Virus record (IMG/VR): IMGVR_UViG_3300036770_004143
Location: 206,076-270,075 of that record
Reading direction: 5' to 3' (one strand)
Length of the DNA stretch: 64,000 nt
The notes under the pieces: generated by a model
What the model was told of the DNA's origin: nothing
Database searches by the model: none
What the model saw: the letters and a program-made list of their open reading frames with translations, nothing else
Program-made: the position numbers and the translations under genes
Shown here: positions 16,297 to 26,129 of the stretch, in pieces
How positions within the stretch are numbered: position 1 is the first letter of the stretch
Layout: every line of letters starts with the position of its first letter

Positions 16297-17003
16297 TATC
16301 TATATATTTTTCCTTTTATAAACCCAGGTTTAATCATTTCTCTTAATTCTTCATCTGTATATTTTTCTAATTTTGTACTACCCATATACAACATACCCCC
16401 AACCTTTAAGCCTTTTGGTAATGAGGTTATTTTTATATGTCTTAAATCCAAATTACCACCAACTTTCAATCCTTCTGGTAATGATGTTATTTGTTCACAG
16501 CCAAATAATGACAAATCACGCCCAACTTTAAAACCTTTGGGTAATGAGGTTATCTTTGTATATGATAAATCCAAATTACCCCCAACTTCCAAGCCTTCTG
16601 GTAATGAGGTTATGTTTGAATCATATAAACTCAAATTACCCCCAACTTTCAATCCTTCTGATAATGAAGTTATATTTGTATATTCTAAATTCAAATCCAT
16701 TTTAACTTTTAATCCTTTAGGTAATGAAGTTATGTCTGTGTCGTTCAAACTCAAATGACCCCCAACTTCCAAACCTTCTGGTAATGAGGTTATTTTTGAT
16801 TGTGCTAAATACAAATCACCCCCAACTTTAAAACCTTCTGGTAATGAGGTTATATTTGTATATTCTAAATCCAAATCACCTTCAATGGTTAAATCTTTCT
16901 CTGTTAACGGTATATCATTCATATGTTTCCACAAAAATGGTGCTCTACGCTTCTCCTTCTCTTCAAGGAACTCAAATATTCTTTTTAATTGTTCTTCTTC
17001 CAT
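16296..17003 (-). CDS. LRR paralogue 1
   Basis: 20-21-aa repeats ITSLPEGLKVGGxLxL; shared N-cap LKRIFEFL and C-cap EMIKPGFIKG. Confidence 0.9.
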   Translation of the reverse strand: MEEEQLKRIFEFLEEKEKRRAPFLWKHMNDIPLTEKDLTIEGDLDLEYTNITSLPEGFKVGGDLYLAQSKITSLPEGLEVGGHLSLNDTDITSLPKGLKVKMDLNLEYTNITSLSEGLKVGGNLSLYDSNITSLPEGLEVGGNLDLSYTKITSLPKGFKVGRDLSLFGCEQITSLPEGLKVGGNLDLRHIKITSLPKGLKVGGMLYMGSTKLEKYTDEELREMIKPGFIKGKIYR

Positions 17004-17530
17004 TATCTATATATATTTCCTTTTATAAACCCAGGTTTAATCATGTCTCTTATCTCATCATCTGTGTATTTGGCTAAATTTGTTCCATAAATATACAAAT
17101 ATGTACCAACCTCCAATCCTTTTGGTAATGAAGTTATTTTTGTATGTCTTAAATCCAAATTACCGCCAACTTTCAATCCTTCTGGTAATGATGTTATTTG
17201 TTCACAGCCAAATAACGACAAGTCACGCCCAACTTTAAAACCTTCTGGTAGTGAAGTTATTTTACTATTTTTTAAATATATTATACCATCAACTTTTAAA
17301 CTTTTTGGTAATGAGGTTATGGCTAAACCAATCAAACTCAAGGAACCCCCCACTTCCAATCCTTCTGGCAATGATGTTATTTTTGAACCTTTTAAATTCA
17401 AATTACCTTTAACAATTAATTCTTCTTTTGTTAATGGCATTTCATTCTTAAATTTCCATAAAAATGGTACTTTGTGACCTTCCTTCTCTTCAAGGAACTC
17501 AAATATTCTTTTTAGTTGTTCTTCTTCCAT
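17003..17530 (-). CDS. LRR paralogue 2
   Basis: Same caps and repeats. Confidence 0.9.
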   Translation of the reverse strand: MEEEQLKRIFEFLEEKEGHKVPFLWKFKNEMPLTKEELIVKGNLNLKGSKITSLPEGLEVGGSLSLIGLAITSLPKSLKVDGIIYLKNSKITSLPEGFKVGRDLSLFGCEQITSLPEGLKVGGNLDLRHTKITSLPKGLEVGTYLYIYGTNLAKYTDDEIRDMIKPGFIKGNIYR

Positions 17531-18294
17531 TATCTTACTATTCTTCCGTTTATAAACCCAGGTTTAATCATTTCTCTTAATTCTTCATCATCTAAATCCA
17601 TTGCAAATACACTTGCTCGGATAAATAAATCACCCCCAACTTGCAAACCTTTTGGAATCGGTGTCACATTGGTGTTATATATATTTAAATACCCACCAAC
17701 TTTTAATCCTTCTGGTAATGAAATAGTCCCCAACCCAGTTAAATCCAAATCACCTTTAATATCCAAAGTGTTAGTAATAAAAGTTTTTGAAGTTATTAAT
17801 CCACCAATTTTTAAACCATTTGGTATTTTTGTTAACCTATCTAATTCTGTGTATTTCACAATTAAAATACCCCCAACTTGCAAACCTTTTGGAAGTGATT
17901 CCACTTGTGTATCTGATAAATCCAAAGAACCACCAACTTGCAAATCTTCTGGTAATGAGGTTATGTTTGCATATGATAAAGTTAAATCAACCCCAACTTT
18001 TAATCCCCTTGGTAATGATTTTATAAGACTATGATCCAAATATAGGCTACCACCAACTTCCAAACCTTCTGGTAATGTTTCTATATCTGATTCAGTTAAA
18101 TTCAAATCACCTCCAACTTTCAATCCTTCTGGTAGTGATTCTATATTTGAATCTGAAAAATCCAAATCACCTTTAACATTTAAATCTTCTTCTGTTAATG
18201 GTTGATTATTTATTAACTTCCAAATAAATGGCACTTTATGTTCTCCTTTTCCTTCAAGGAATTCAAATATTCTTTTTAGTTGCTCTTTTTCCAT
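17530..18294 (-). CDS. LRR paralogue 3
   Basis: Same caps; irregular central repeats. Confidence 0.9.
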   Translation of the reverse strand: MEKEQLKRIFEFLEGKGEHKVPFIWKLINNQPLTEEDLNVKGDLDFSDSNIESLPEGLKVGGDLNLTESDIETLPEGLEVGGSLYLDHSLIKSLPRGLKVGVDLTLSYANITSLPEDLQVGGSLDLSDTQVESLPKGLQVGGILIVKYTELDRLTKIPNGLKIGGLITSKTFITNTLDIKGDLDLTGLGTISLPEGLKVGGYLNIYNTNVTPIPKGLQVGGDLFIRASVFAMDLDDEELREMIKPGFINGRIVR

Positions 18295-18297
18295 AAG

Positions 18298-18813
18298 TTA
18301 CTCCCATTCATCATCTATTTCTCCACCCACTTGGCCACCAGTTGATTCAATCTTGTTATATAACTGATCAACTGTATATGATTTGGCAAGTGGAGTATTA
18401 GCAATATAAAAATTATTATAAATGTACAAATTATTTGGCACATTTGTTATTTCATTACATCCCATAATATATAAATTCTGCCCAACATACAAATTGTCTG
18501 GAAGACTTGATATATTAGTATAATCTAAATATAAATCATCTTGAACATATAATCTATCTGGTAGATTTATTAACTCTTTGCAAAAACTCAAGTTCATTGT
18601 ACCCTTAATATATAAGTCATTTGGCAATTTTCTTATATCAGAATTATTTACATCTAAATAACCATCATATACATATCTTTTATCACTTGAATATGCTTCA
18701 AGTTCATCAACCAAATCTTGCTTAAGAATGAAGTTTACCATTCTTATAGGTTGATCCACATTCTCTCTCTCTTTGAGAAATTTGAATATCTTGCTTAATT
18801 GTTCTGCTCTCAT
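18298..18813 (-). CDS. LRR paralogue 4 (divergent)
   Basis: LPDRLYV/LPDNLYV repeats; divergent caps (LSKIFKFL). Confidence 0.85.
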   Translation of the reverse strand: MRAEQLSKIFKFLKERENVDQPIRMVNFILKQDLVDELEAYSSDKRYVYDGYLDVNNSDIRKLPNDLYIKGTMNLSFCKELINLPDRLYVQDDLYLDYTNISSLPDNLYVGQNLYIMGCNEITNVPNNLYIYNNFYIANTPLAKSYTVDQLYNKIESTGGQVGGEIDDEWE

Positions 18814-19508
18814 GGTCTTCTTATTCTTCCTAATACAAATCCAGGTTTTATCATTTCTCTTATTTCATCATCTGTGTATTTTATTGCTATAAACAAATCA
18901 CCCCCAACTGCCAATCCTTTTGGCAATGTTTTTATTGATAACATAGATAAATCCAAGTCTTGGCCAACTTTTAAATCCTCTGGTAATGAGTTTATTTTTG
19001 TGTTATTCAACCACAAGTTGCCCCAAACTACCAATCCTTCTGGTAATGATTCTATTTTTGATTTTATTAAATCCAAACTACCCTGGAGTTTTAAACCTTT
19101 TGGTAATGAAGTTATTTCTGAACCAAGAAGACTCAAATTACGATAAACTTCCAAGCCTTCTGGTAATGAGGTTATTTTTGAATTATTTAAATTTAAATTA
19201 CCCGTAACTTTTAATCCTTTTGGTAATGATTTTATACTTGATGCGTTTAAGTCCAAATCACCCCCAACTTCCAAGCCTTCTGGTAGTGATTTTAAAAATT
19301 TGGTCATATCCAAGTGCAAATCACCATAAACTTTCAAGCCTTCTGGTAATGAGGTTACGTTACTATACGACAAATCCAAATCATCATCAACAATTAATTC
19401 TTCTTTTGTTAATGGTTGATTGTTTATAAACTTCCATCTTAATGGCACTTTATGTTCCCCTTTCCTTTCAAGGAAATCAAATATTCTTTTTAATGCTTCG
19501 TTTTTCAT
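18810..19508 (-). CDS. LRR paralogue 5
   Basis: Same caps and repeats. Confidence 0.9.
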   Translation of the reverse strand: MKNEALKRIFDFLERKGEHKVPLRWKFINNQPLTKEELIVDDDLDLSYSNVTSLPEGLKVYGDLHLDMTKFLKSLPEGLEVGGDLDLNASSIKSLPKGLKVTGNLNLNNSKITSLPEGLEVYRNLSLLGSEITSLPKGLKLQGSLDLIKSKIESLPEGLVVWGNLWLNNTKINSLPEDLKVGQDLDLSMLSIKTLPKGLAVGGDLFIAIKYTDDEIREMIKPGFVLGRIRRP

Positions 19509-19915
19509 TATCCTATTATTTCACCTTTTATAAATCCAGGTTTTATCATTTCTATTATATCCTCATGATAATAATCTTCACTTATGGGTGTTCTATAGAT
19601 ATACAATTTACCACCAACTTTCAAGCCTTTTGGTAGTGAATTTATTAATGAACCAGATAAATCCAAATTACCACCAACTTCCAACCCTTCTGGTAATGAT
19701 TTTATTATTGTTTCATCTAATTCCAAAGTACCCTCAACTTTCAAGCCTTCTGGCAATGATGTTATATTTATATCTGTTAAAATCAAATCACCTTTAACAT
19801 TTAATTCATCTTCTGTTAGTGGTATATTATTTTTCAACTTCCAAATAAATGGTGCTTTATGTTCCCCTTTCCTTTCAAGGAAATCAAATATTCTTTTTAA
19901 TACTTCTTTTTTCAT
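19508..19915 (-). CDS. LRR paralogue 6
   Basis: Short version, about 3 repeats. Confidence 0.9.
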   Translation of the reverse strand: MKKEVLKRIFDFLERKGEHKAPFIWKLKNNIPLTEDELNVKGDLILTDINITSLPEGLKVEGTLELDETIIKSLPEGLEVGGNLDLSGSLINSLPKGLKVGGKLYIYRTPISEDYYHEDIIEMIKPGFIKGEIIG

Positions 19916-20694
19916 TACCTTTTTATTTTTCCTTTTATAAATCCAGGTTGAATCATCTTTCTTAATTTATAAGTAGTAAGTTCATTTAAAGATGAATATT
20001 CCAACATTAAATCTCCAAAAACTTCTAATCCTTTTGGCAATGACTTTATTGTTGTATATTGCAATAATAAATCACCACCAACTTTCAAACCTTCTGGCAA
20101 TGATTTTATTTGCTCGCAACCAAATAATAACAAATCACCCCAAACTTCCAATCCTTCTGGTAATGAAGTTAATTCTTTGCAATATGCTAAATTCAATTTA
20201 CCATTAACTTTCAAATCATCTGGTAATGTTTCTATCTTTGACTCTCGTAAATATAACTCACCACCAACTTCCAATCCTTTTGGTAATGATTTTATACCTG
20301 TATCTAATAAATTTAGAACACCATCAACTTTTAAGCCTTCTGGTAATGATTCTATTTCTGAACGCATTAAATTTAATGATCCAACTTTCAAACTTTTTGG
20401 TAGTGTTTTTATTGACGTATAAGATAAATCCAAATTACCACCAACTTCCAACCCTTCTGGTAAAGAGATTATATTTGACCATTGTAAATTTAAATTACCA
20501 CCAACTTTCAATCCTTTTGGTAATGAGGTTATGTCTTTCATACTCAAATTCAAATCACCTTTAATATCCAAATCTTTCTTTGTTAATGGCTCATTAAAGA
20601 CTATTCTCCATAGTAATGTCCCTTTTGCTTGGTGTGATTTCTTTTCCTTATCTTCAAGAAATTCAAATATTCTTTTTAATGCTTCTTTTTCCAT
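19915..20694 (-). CDS. LRR paralogue 7
   Basis: Longest member, about 9 repeats. Confidence 0.9.
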   Translation of the reverse strand: MEKEALKRIFEFLEDKEKKSHQAKGTLLWRIVFNEPLTKKDLDIKGDLNLSMKDITSLPKGLKVGGNLNLQWSNIISLPEGLEVGGNLDLSYTSIKTLPKSLKVGSLNLMRSEIESLPEGLKVDGVLNLLDTGIKSLPKGLEVGGELYLRESKIETLPDDLKVNGKLNLAYCKELTSLPEGLEVWGDLLLFGCEQIKSLPEGLKVGGDLLLQYTTIKSLPKGLEVFGDLMLEYSSLNELTTYKLRKMIQPGFIKGKIKR

Positions 20695-21233
20695 TATCTT
20701 ATTATTTCCCCTTTTATAAATCCAGGTTTAATCATATCTCTTAATTCTTTATCTATGTATTCTAATAATGCTGTATTTTTAATAATCAACTCACCTTTAA
20801 CTTCCAACCCTTTTGGCAATAAGGTTATCTTTGTTCTTCTTAAATCCAAAGTGCCACCAACTTGCAAACCTTTTGGAAGCAATTCCACTTGTGTATCTGA
20901 TAAATCCAAATCCCTACCAACTTGCAAATCTTCTGGTAATGAGGTTATGTTTGAACCTTCCAAATATATATCACGTCTAACATATAAATCACTTGGTAAT
21001 GATTTTAATTTAGGTGTATAAGATAAATTCAAATTGCCACCAATTTTTAAACCTTCTGGTAAGTAGGGTATATCTGAATGTTCTAAAAACAAACCACCTT
21101 TAATATCCAAATCTTCCTTTGTTAATGGCTCATTAAATTCAATTTTCCATCTCAAAGTTCCTTTTACTTTGGCCAATTTATTTTCCTTCTCTTCAAGGAA
21201 TTCAAATATTCTTTTTAGTTGTTCTTTTTGCAT
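20694..21233 (-). CDS. LRR paralogue 8
   Basis: Same caps and repeats. Confidence 0.9.
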   Translation of the reverse strand: MQKEQLKRIFEFLEEKENKLAKVKGTLRWKIEFNEPLTKEDLDIKGGLFLEHSDIPYLPEGLKIGGNLNLSYTPKLKSLPSDLYVRRDIYLEGSNITSLPEDLQVGRDLDLSDTQVELLPKGLQVGGTLDLRRTKITLLPKGLEVKGELIIKNTALLEYIDKELRDMIKPGFIKGEIIR

Positions 21234-21700
21234 TATTTATGTATTTTTCCTTTCACAAATCCAGGTTTTATCATTTCTAATAATTCATAACGTTCATATT
21301 TCATCATTGTTGTCAATTCCAAATGTAAATCACCACCAACTTCCAATCCTTTTGGTAATGATTTTATATCTGTATATGTTAAATCCAAATCACCACCAAC
21401 TTTTAACCCTTCTGGTAATGATTCTATTATTGAGCCTTCCAAGTATATATCACCTTTAACATCTAAATCACTTGGTAATGATTTTAATTTAGGTGTATAA
21501 GATAAATTCAAATCACCAGCAACTTTCAAACCTTCTGGTAAGGATTTTATTTTTGAAAATGCTAAATTCAAATCACTTGTAACATTTAAATCTTCCTTTA
21601 CTATTGGCTCATTATTTACTAATTTCCATTTAAATGGTGTTTTATGTTCTCCCTTCCTTTCAAGGAAATCAAATATTCTTTTTAATGCTTCTTTTTCCAT
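21233..21700 (-). CDS. LRR paralogue 9
   Basis: Same caps and repeats. Confidence 0.9.
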   Translation of the reverse strand: MEKEALKRIFDFLERKGEHKTPFKWKLVNNEPIVKEDLNVTSDLNLAFSKIKSLPEGLKVAGDLNLSYTPKLKSLPSDLDVKGDIYLEGSIIESLPEGLKVGGDLDLTYTDIKSLPKGLEVGGDLHLELTTMMKYERYELLEMIKPGFVKGKIHK

Positions 21701-22170
21701 TATCTATATATTTCTCCTTTTATAAACCCAGGTTTAATCATTTCTCTTAATTCATCATCTGTGTATTTTGTTAATGGTGTATAACGAATATTCAAATCAC
21801 CATCAACATATAAACTTTCTGGTAATGAGGTTATGTTATTACAATAAGCTAAATTCAAACCACCACCAACTTTCAAACCTTCTGGTAATGATGTTATTCT
21901 GGTATGAAGTAAATTTAATGCTCCACCAACTTTTAATCCTTTTGGTAATGAATTTAATTTTTCAGAATATGATAAAACCAAATCACCACTAACTTTCAAT
22001 CCTTCTGGTAATGAGGTTATCTTTGAATCAAATAAATACAAACGACCCTTAATATTTAATTCTTCTTTTGTGAATGGTATTTCACATTTGACTTTAAATA
22101 TAAACGGCACTTTATGTTTTTCCTTCTCTTCAAGGAATTCAAATATTCTTTTTAGTTGTTCTTTTTTCAT
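21700..22170 (-). CDS. LRR paralogue 10 (first gene of array 1)
   Basis: Same caps; ATATTTAT at 22187-22194 upstream. Confidence 0.9.
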   Translation of the reverse strand: MKKEQLKRIFEFLEEKEKHKVPFIFKVKCEIPFTKEELNIKGRLYLFDSKITSLPEGLKVSGDLVLSYSEKLNSLPKGLKVGGALNLLHTRITSLPEGLKVGGGLNLAYCNNITSLPESLYVDGDLNIRYTPLTKYTDDELREMIKPGFIKGEIYR

Positions 22171-22262
22171 TATAAAATTTATTACAATAAATATACAAAA
22201 TAAAAAAACCCCTAGACTAATCCAAGAGTTTTTTTAAATTTAAAAAATGTCCAAGAAGATTA

Positions 22263-23282
22263 TTAGTTTTTGTCCTTCAATAAGAACTTATTGCTAATGG
22301 CTTTAAATGAAATAACATTGTCAGATGTCCTAATTACAATACCTTCTCTTTCTGTTTTTTCATTCAAGGATGACTTACCTTCGGCAAACTTCAATAACTC
22401 ATCAATTGTTTTTGGCAAATCTGTTCCAGCCCTAATTGATAAGAGTGGTGCAACCTCCAACTGGTTCTGGGCCATAAACATAGCAAACTCTGCGTAATTA
22501 AACCTTTTGTGAGCATCAATGTCAAATGCTGTAAAGAACCTAACTGTATGACCTTTTATCTTGTAGCGATTTCCCTGGATGCCCTCACCAATCAACTCAC
22601 CTTGTATTGCAAAGTTCTTGTTTTTGGCTCTCATCTTGTTCTCCAAATCAAGTTCCCTTGCAACCTTCCAGAAAGTATTCCCCTCTGTTTCCAATAGTTC
22701 AAGATTTCTTGAACAAACCCCAAACTCACCATTGTTTATGTAGAATGTTGCAGAGGATCCATCCAGTTTTTCTGTTATATAGAAATCATCATTTGATTCT
22801 ATATATGTCTTATAATCATTTGGAATATTCTGGGCTCTAATTTCATCTGTCTTGGAAATGAAGGATGGAAACATTCCTTTTGCCAGCCCAGAAAGTTCAG
22901 GTGAAATTGGTGTTTCATACTTCACAATACCCAACATTTCTGTCACATCCATACCCTCTTCAAGAGATATTTCAGAACCTAAAACAGAAATAGGCAATAT
23001 CAACCCCTGGGAGATTTGCCCCCTCATTTTTATAGTTCTCAATCGAAAACCCTCTGCTTCAGTTGATTTCCTATATGAAGATTTCCTTAAAAATTCAAAC
23101 TCTTCCCTAATGGGTAAGAAGGAATCAATCTCACAATACACAATGAAATCACCCACCTTATGTTCAACATTCTTGGCAACAACAACTTGCCATCCATCAA
23201 CAATGGCTAGTTCAATGTTGTCAGCACCTTCAATAGGCTTTAAATCTGATATTTTTCTAACGCTTGCAAGTTTCCTTTCCAT
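22263..23282 (-). CDS. ATP-dependent RNA ligase (DRB0094/Rnl family)
   Basis: N-terminal OB-like domain, EKLDGSS motif I, QGELIG, EREGIV, FKAISNKFL. Confidence 0.9.
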   Translation of the reverse strand: MERKLASVRKISDLKPIEGADNIELAIVDGWQVVVAKNVEHKVGDFIVYCEIDSFLPIREEFEFLRKSSYRKSTEAEGFRLRTIKMRGQISQGLILPISVLGSEISLEEGMDVTEMLGIVKYETPISPELSGLAKGMFPSFISKTDEIRAQNIPNDYKTYIESNDDFYITEKLDGSSATFYINNGEFGVCSRNLELLETEGNTFWKVARELDLENKMRAKNKNFAIQGELIGEGIQGNRYKIKGHTVRFFTAFDIDAHKRFNYAEFAMFMAQNQLEVAPLLSIRAGTDLPKTIDELLKFAEGKSSLNEKTEREGIVIRTSDNVISFKAISNKFLLKDKN

Positions 23283-23307
23283 TATTATTTTTTTTTGTTT
23301 AGTTAAT

Positions 23308-23343
23308 AATCCCCCCTACCCAGGCATTTGAGTAGGGGGTTTT
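23308..23343 (-). terminator. intrinsic terminator
   Basis: CCCCCTAC/GTAGGGGG inverted repeat directly after the 23346 gene. Confidence 0.6.
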
Positions 23344-23345
23344 AA

Positions 23346-23612
23346 TCAATCTACTAAAGTTTCAATCTTTGATTTGTTGATTATATGATCTGTGATTGTA
23401 TAATCCTCCACTTTTGTCAAGATGACACATTTGGATAAAATCTTATAAGGAACATTGATTAAGAAATCATTTCCATTATAGAACTGGAGGGTATTCTTTA
23501 ACTGTAAGGATCCGTGTATAGATTTTAGGAATAACTTGAACTGTGTCTTATCAACAAAATTCTCATTGATTAAATTCTCATTCTTGTAAATTACTCTAAT
23601 GTTATGTGTCAT
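23346..23612 (-). CDS. hypothetical protein
   Basis: 88-aa ORF below a promoter. Confidence 0.7.
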   Translation of the reverse strand: MTHNIRVIYKNENLINENFVDKTQFKLFLKSIHGSLQLKNTLQFYNGNDFLINVPYKILSKCVILTKVEDYTITDHIINKSKIETLVD

Positions 23613-23634
23613 AGTCTTGTTTTTTTTGTTGATG

Positions 23635-23666
23635 CAAATTTAAAGTAAAAGATTGAATTAACCAAA
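23635..23666 (-). promoter_or_regulatory. Bacteroidota sigma70 promoter
   Basis: TTTG-N20-TAAATTTG. Confidence 0.75.
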
Positions 23667-23685
23667 TATTTTTTTCATTATTTTC

Positions 23686-23772
23686 TGGGTTAGGTCATCA
23701 TCATAGCCACACATTGACCTTTCTTATCAGAAGCCCTATTGGCAGGCTACTCCTGGAAGTGTGGTTCACCCA
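23686..23772 (-). ncRNA. candidate pseudoknotted RNA
   Basis: TGGGT/ACCCA closing stem, AGGTCA/TGACCT, TTCT-GATA-AGAA, AGCC/GGCT; CCACAC/GTGTGG cross-pairing. Confidence 0.35.
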
Positions 23773-23788
23773 TTGATTCTTTTTAACA

Positions 23789-24124
23789 CTAGATTACATA
23801 CTCTGGAATTCTTTCAATTGAATCATCTATTGTATCCAATAACCCATCACAATATACATCTTTGATTTCTTTCTTAACTCTTCCAAGAGTATTCACCAAA
23901 TACACATCATACAAATCACTACCATTTAATGTAATTAAAACCCAGCCTTTGTGCCTACGGGCAGACACTCTTAAAAGCAAACCCTTGTTGCTTAAATTTA
24001 TTGTTTTTGACACACCAAAAGACCAGAACACAGGTTGATTATATGTGAGCCAACCCATTGTTTCCTGTGGGTTAAATTCTAATTTGTCTTCAAGTAAAGG
24101 TTTGATTGCTGTTATGATTTTCAT
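23789..24124 (-). CDS. conserved hypothetical early protein
   Basis: FWSFG...HKGWVLITLNGSDLYDVYL. Confidence 0.75.
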   Translation of the reverse strand: MKIITAIKPLLEDKLEFNPQETMGWLTYNQPVFWSFGVSKTINLSNKGLLLRVSARRHKGWVLITLNGSDLYDVYLVNTLGRVKKEIKDVYCDGLLDTIDDSIERIPEYVI

Positions 24125-24143
24125 GTTGGTTGTTTTGTTGATG

Positions 24144-24175
24144 CAAATTTAATACAAAGAAATGAATTGACCAAA
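24144..24175 (-). promoter_or_regulatory. Bacteroidota sigma70 promoter
   Basis: TTTG-N20-TAAATTTG. Confidence 0.75.
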
Positions 24176-24180
24176 TTTTT

Positions 24181-24423
24181 CTACACCAATTCTGGTTGAT
24201 TTTTTCTAAACCCATCCCAATGGTTTCTAACCCTCTCACAAGCATATGGGTAAGATCCGCCCCTATTGATGACCATATGCATTCCTGTTTCACCAAACAT
24301 CCACCACTGGAATTCTGACTCATGTTCGCTAGCAACACAGTATAATTTACAATTATTGCCCCATGCCCACAATACACCTACTGATTCAATTTCTCTTTCT
24401 TTTTCTCTAACTTCTGTTCTCAT
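24181..24423 (-). CDS. hypothetical protein (MRTEVRE...)
   Basis: Start reassigned to ATG 24423. Confidence 0.55.
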   Translation of the reverse strand: MRTEVREKEREIESVGVLWAWGNNCKLYCVASEHESEFQWWMFGETGMHMVINRGGSYPYACERVRNHWDGFRKNQPELV

Positions 24424-24445
24424 TTTAATTTTGTTTAGTTTGGTT

Positions 24446-24580
24446 TTAAAGTATTTTCCAAGAATATGTAGTATAACTATTACGAAGAAACCTATCACAT
24501 TCTTTTTTTGTCTTGAACTCACGCACAAACACCCTGCCTGTCTTTTTTTCTGTCAATTCTAACACTTGCGGCTTTCTCAT
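24446..24580 (-). CDS. 44-aa basic microprotein
   Basis: MRKPQVLELTEKKTGRVFVREFKTKKECDRFLRNSYTTYSWKIL directly below a promoter. Confidence 0.5.
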   Translation of the reverse strand: MRKPQVLELTEKKTGRVFVREFKTKKECDRFLRNSYTTYSWKIL

Positions 24581-24603
24581 AGTGGTTGGTTGTTTTGTTG
24601 ATG

Positions 24604-24635
24604 CAAATTTACAGCAAATAATTCAAACCACCAAA
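24604..24635 (-). promoter_or_regulatory. Bacteroidota sigma70 promoter
   Basis: TTTG-N20-TAAATTTG. Confidence 0.75.
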
Positions 24636-24671
24636 TCTTTTTTTCAAAAAAATAGTATTTATGGTAAAAAA

Positions 24672-25565
24672 ATGAAAAAGTTTATAACATTTATTTTATT
24701 AACTATTGTAATACAGAGTTGTAACACATTATCCCACACGAAAAAGACATATGTCCACCAGTTTGCAACCTCAACCAAGGATTTACCAAAGTATTCCTTA
24801 AAGTTCAACCAAACATTATCCAATGTGAGGAAAAGTAGGGGTGTATATTTTGCCAATACATTATCAACACCATCATTACACCTAACAGAATTAGATAGCA
24901 TATACGCACAACAAAAATTGGATGAAAGAAAAACCATTTTATTTCAAAACTCATTTGAAATTCTTAATACATACTCAAAAATATTATTGGCCTTATCATC
25001 AGATGTTTATGTTGATGATTTATATAACAATATAAAAGAACTTGAATATGATTTAGAATCCTTAATAAACCTAAATAATAAATTAACATCATTTAACACT
25101 CCAACCGGTTTCGTAAATATAGGGGCTAAAATAGGAGTAGTTTCTGGAAGAATTTATATAAACCAAAAACAAAGTAAAGAGATAAAAATATTATTAAATT
25201 CTTCTGACACATTAATAACAAATGTATCAAATAATATTATTTCATATTTGGATTCTAAAAACTTAAATGCTATCATTGATAATGAAGATAAGATGTTATC
25301 AATAAACTACTTGAGTTATATACAACAATCAAATAGAACTAGTATTTATACTGATTTGGATTATATCAAATTAAAATCAGATTTATCTAGCATAAAAGAA
25401 TTAAAAGATAATTTAATTATTTGTATGATTAATTTAAGAGATTCTCATAAAATAATGGTGGAAGAAATTAATAAAAAAAATTCAACTATTGATACTATAA
25501 ATGAAATAAAAGAATTAGCAAAAACCATAGTTGAAATAAACCAAATAATTAAAGAATTAAAATAA
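24672..25565 (+). CDS. helical lipoprotein
   Basis: MKKFITFILLTIVIQSC lipobox; start reassigned from 24513. Confidence 0.7.
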   Translation: MKKFITFILLTIVIQSCNTLSHTKKTYVHQFATSTKDLPKYSLKFNQTLSNVRKSRGVYFANTLSTPSLHLTELDSIYAQQKLDERKTILFQNSFEILNTYSKILLALSSDVYVDDLYNNIKELEYDLESLINLNNKLTSFNTPTGFVNIGAKIGVVSGRIYINQKQSKEIKILLNSSDTLITNVSNNIISYLDSKNLNAIIDNEDKMLSINYLSYIQQSNRTSIYTDLDYIKLKSDLSSIKELKDNLIICMINLRDSHKIMVEEINKKNSTIDTINEIKELAKTIVEINQIIKELK

Positions 25566-25566
25566 T

Positions 25567-25863
25567 ATGGAATACCTGTTAAAAGAAATACATACTTCAA
25601 TTACAAATGTTGAAAATGAAAGATATAATGAGAATTTATCCAAGGTAGAAAAAACTCATCTTGAAAATACTTTATTAACATTAAGAAATATGGAGAGATC
25701 TATCATTAATAAAAAAAATGATGATATGCTCCAAGAATTATCTACCATCACACCATCCCTAACTAAACTAATAAATGAAATGGAATCATCTGGGGAAAGA
25801 CTTAATGAACTGAATATAAAACTAAAACGCTTAATCAATATTATCAACTTTTTAAAATTCTAA
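25567..25863 (+). CDS. coiled-coil hypothetical protein
   Basis: 98-aa ORF. Confidence 0.65.
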   Translation: MEYLLKEIHTSITNVENERYNENLSKVEKTHLENTLLTLRNMERSIINKKNDDMLQELSTITPSLTKLINEMESSGERLNELNIKLKRLINIINFLKF

Positions 25864-25865
25864 AA

Positions 25866-26120
25866 ATGGATCAGTATATTAAAATCATTGGCTTTATTGC
25901 CACAATCATCACAATCACATCTTTCACATTTAAGGACATTCTAACCATTAGACTAGTTAATGTTTTAGGGTCATTTGTTTGGCTTGTGTATGGCTTTTAT
26001 ACAAAAGACCACCCAATAATCATTGTGAATTTAAGTGTTGTTATAATCCAAGTATGGGGCATATTTTTCTTGTTAAAAGATAGAATGTTTCCACCTCCAA
26101 ACAAAAATCAAATTCTTTAG
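25866..26120 (+). CDS. three-TM small membrane protein (YgjV/PQ-loop-like)
   Basis: IRLVNVLGSFVWLVYG...PIIIVN. Confidence 0.65.
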   Translation: MDQYIKIIGFIATIITITSFTFKDILTIRLVNVLGSFVWLVYGFYTKDHPIIIVNLSVVIIQVWGIFFLLKDRMFPPPNKNQIL

Positions 26121-26129
26121 ATGGGTTTT

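Noticed and set aside
16296-22170. About 60-nt periodic DNA repeats (CCTTCTGGTAATGA...) resembling a CRISPR array
   Set aside because: They are codons of LRR repeats inside open frames; repeats are degenerate at third positions, there are no unique spacers and no cas operon
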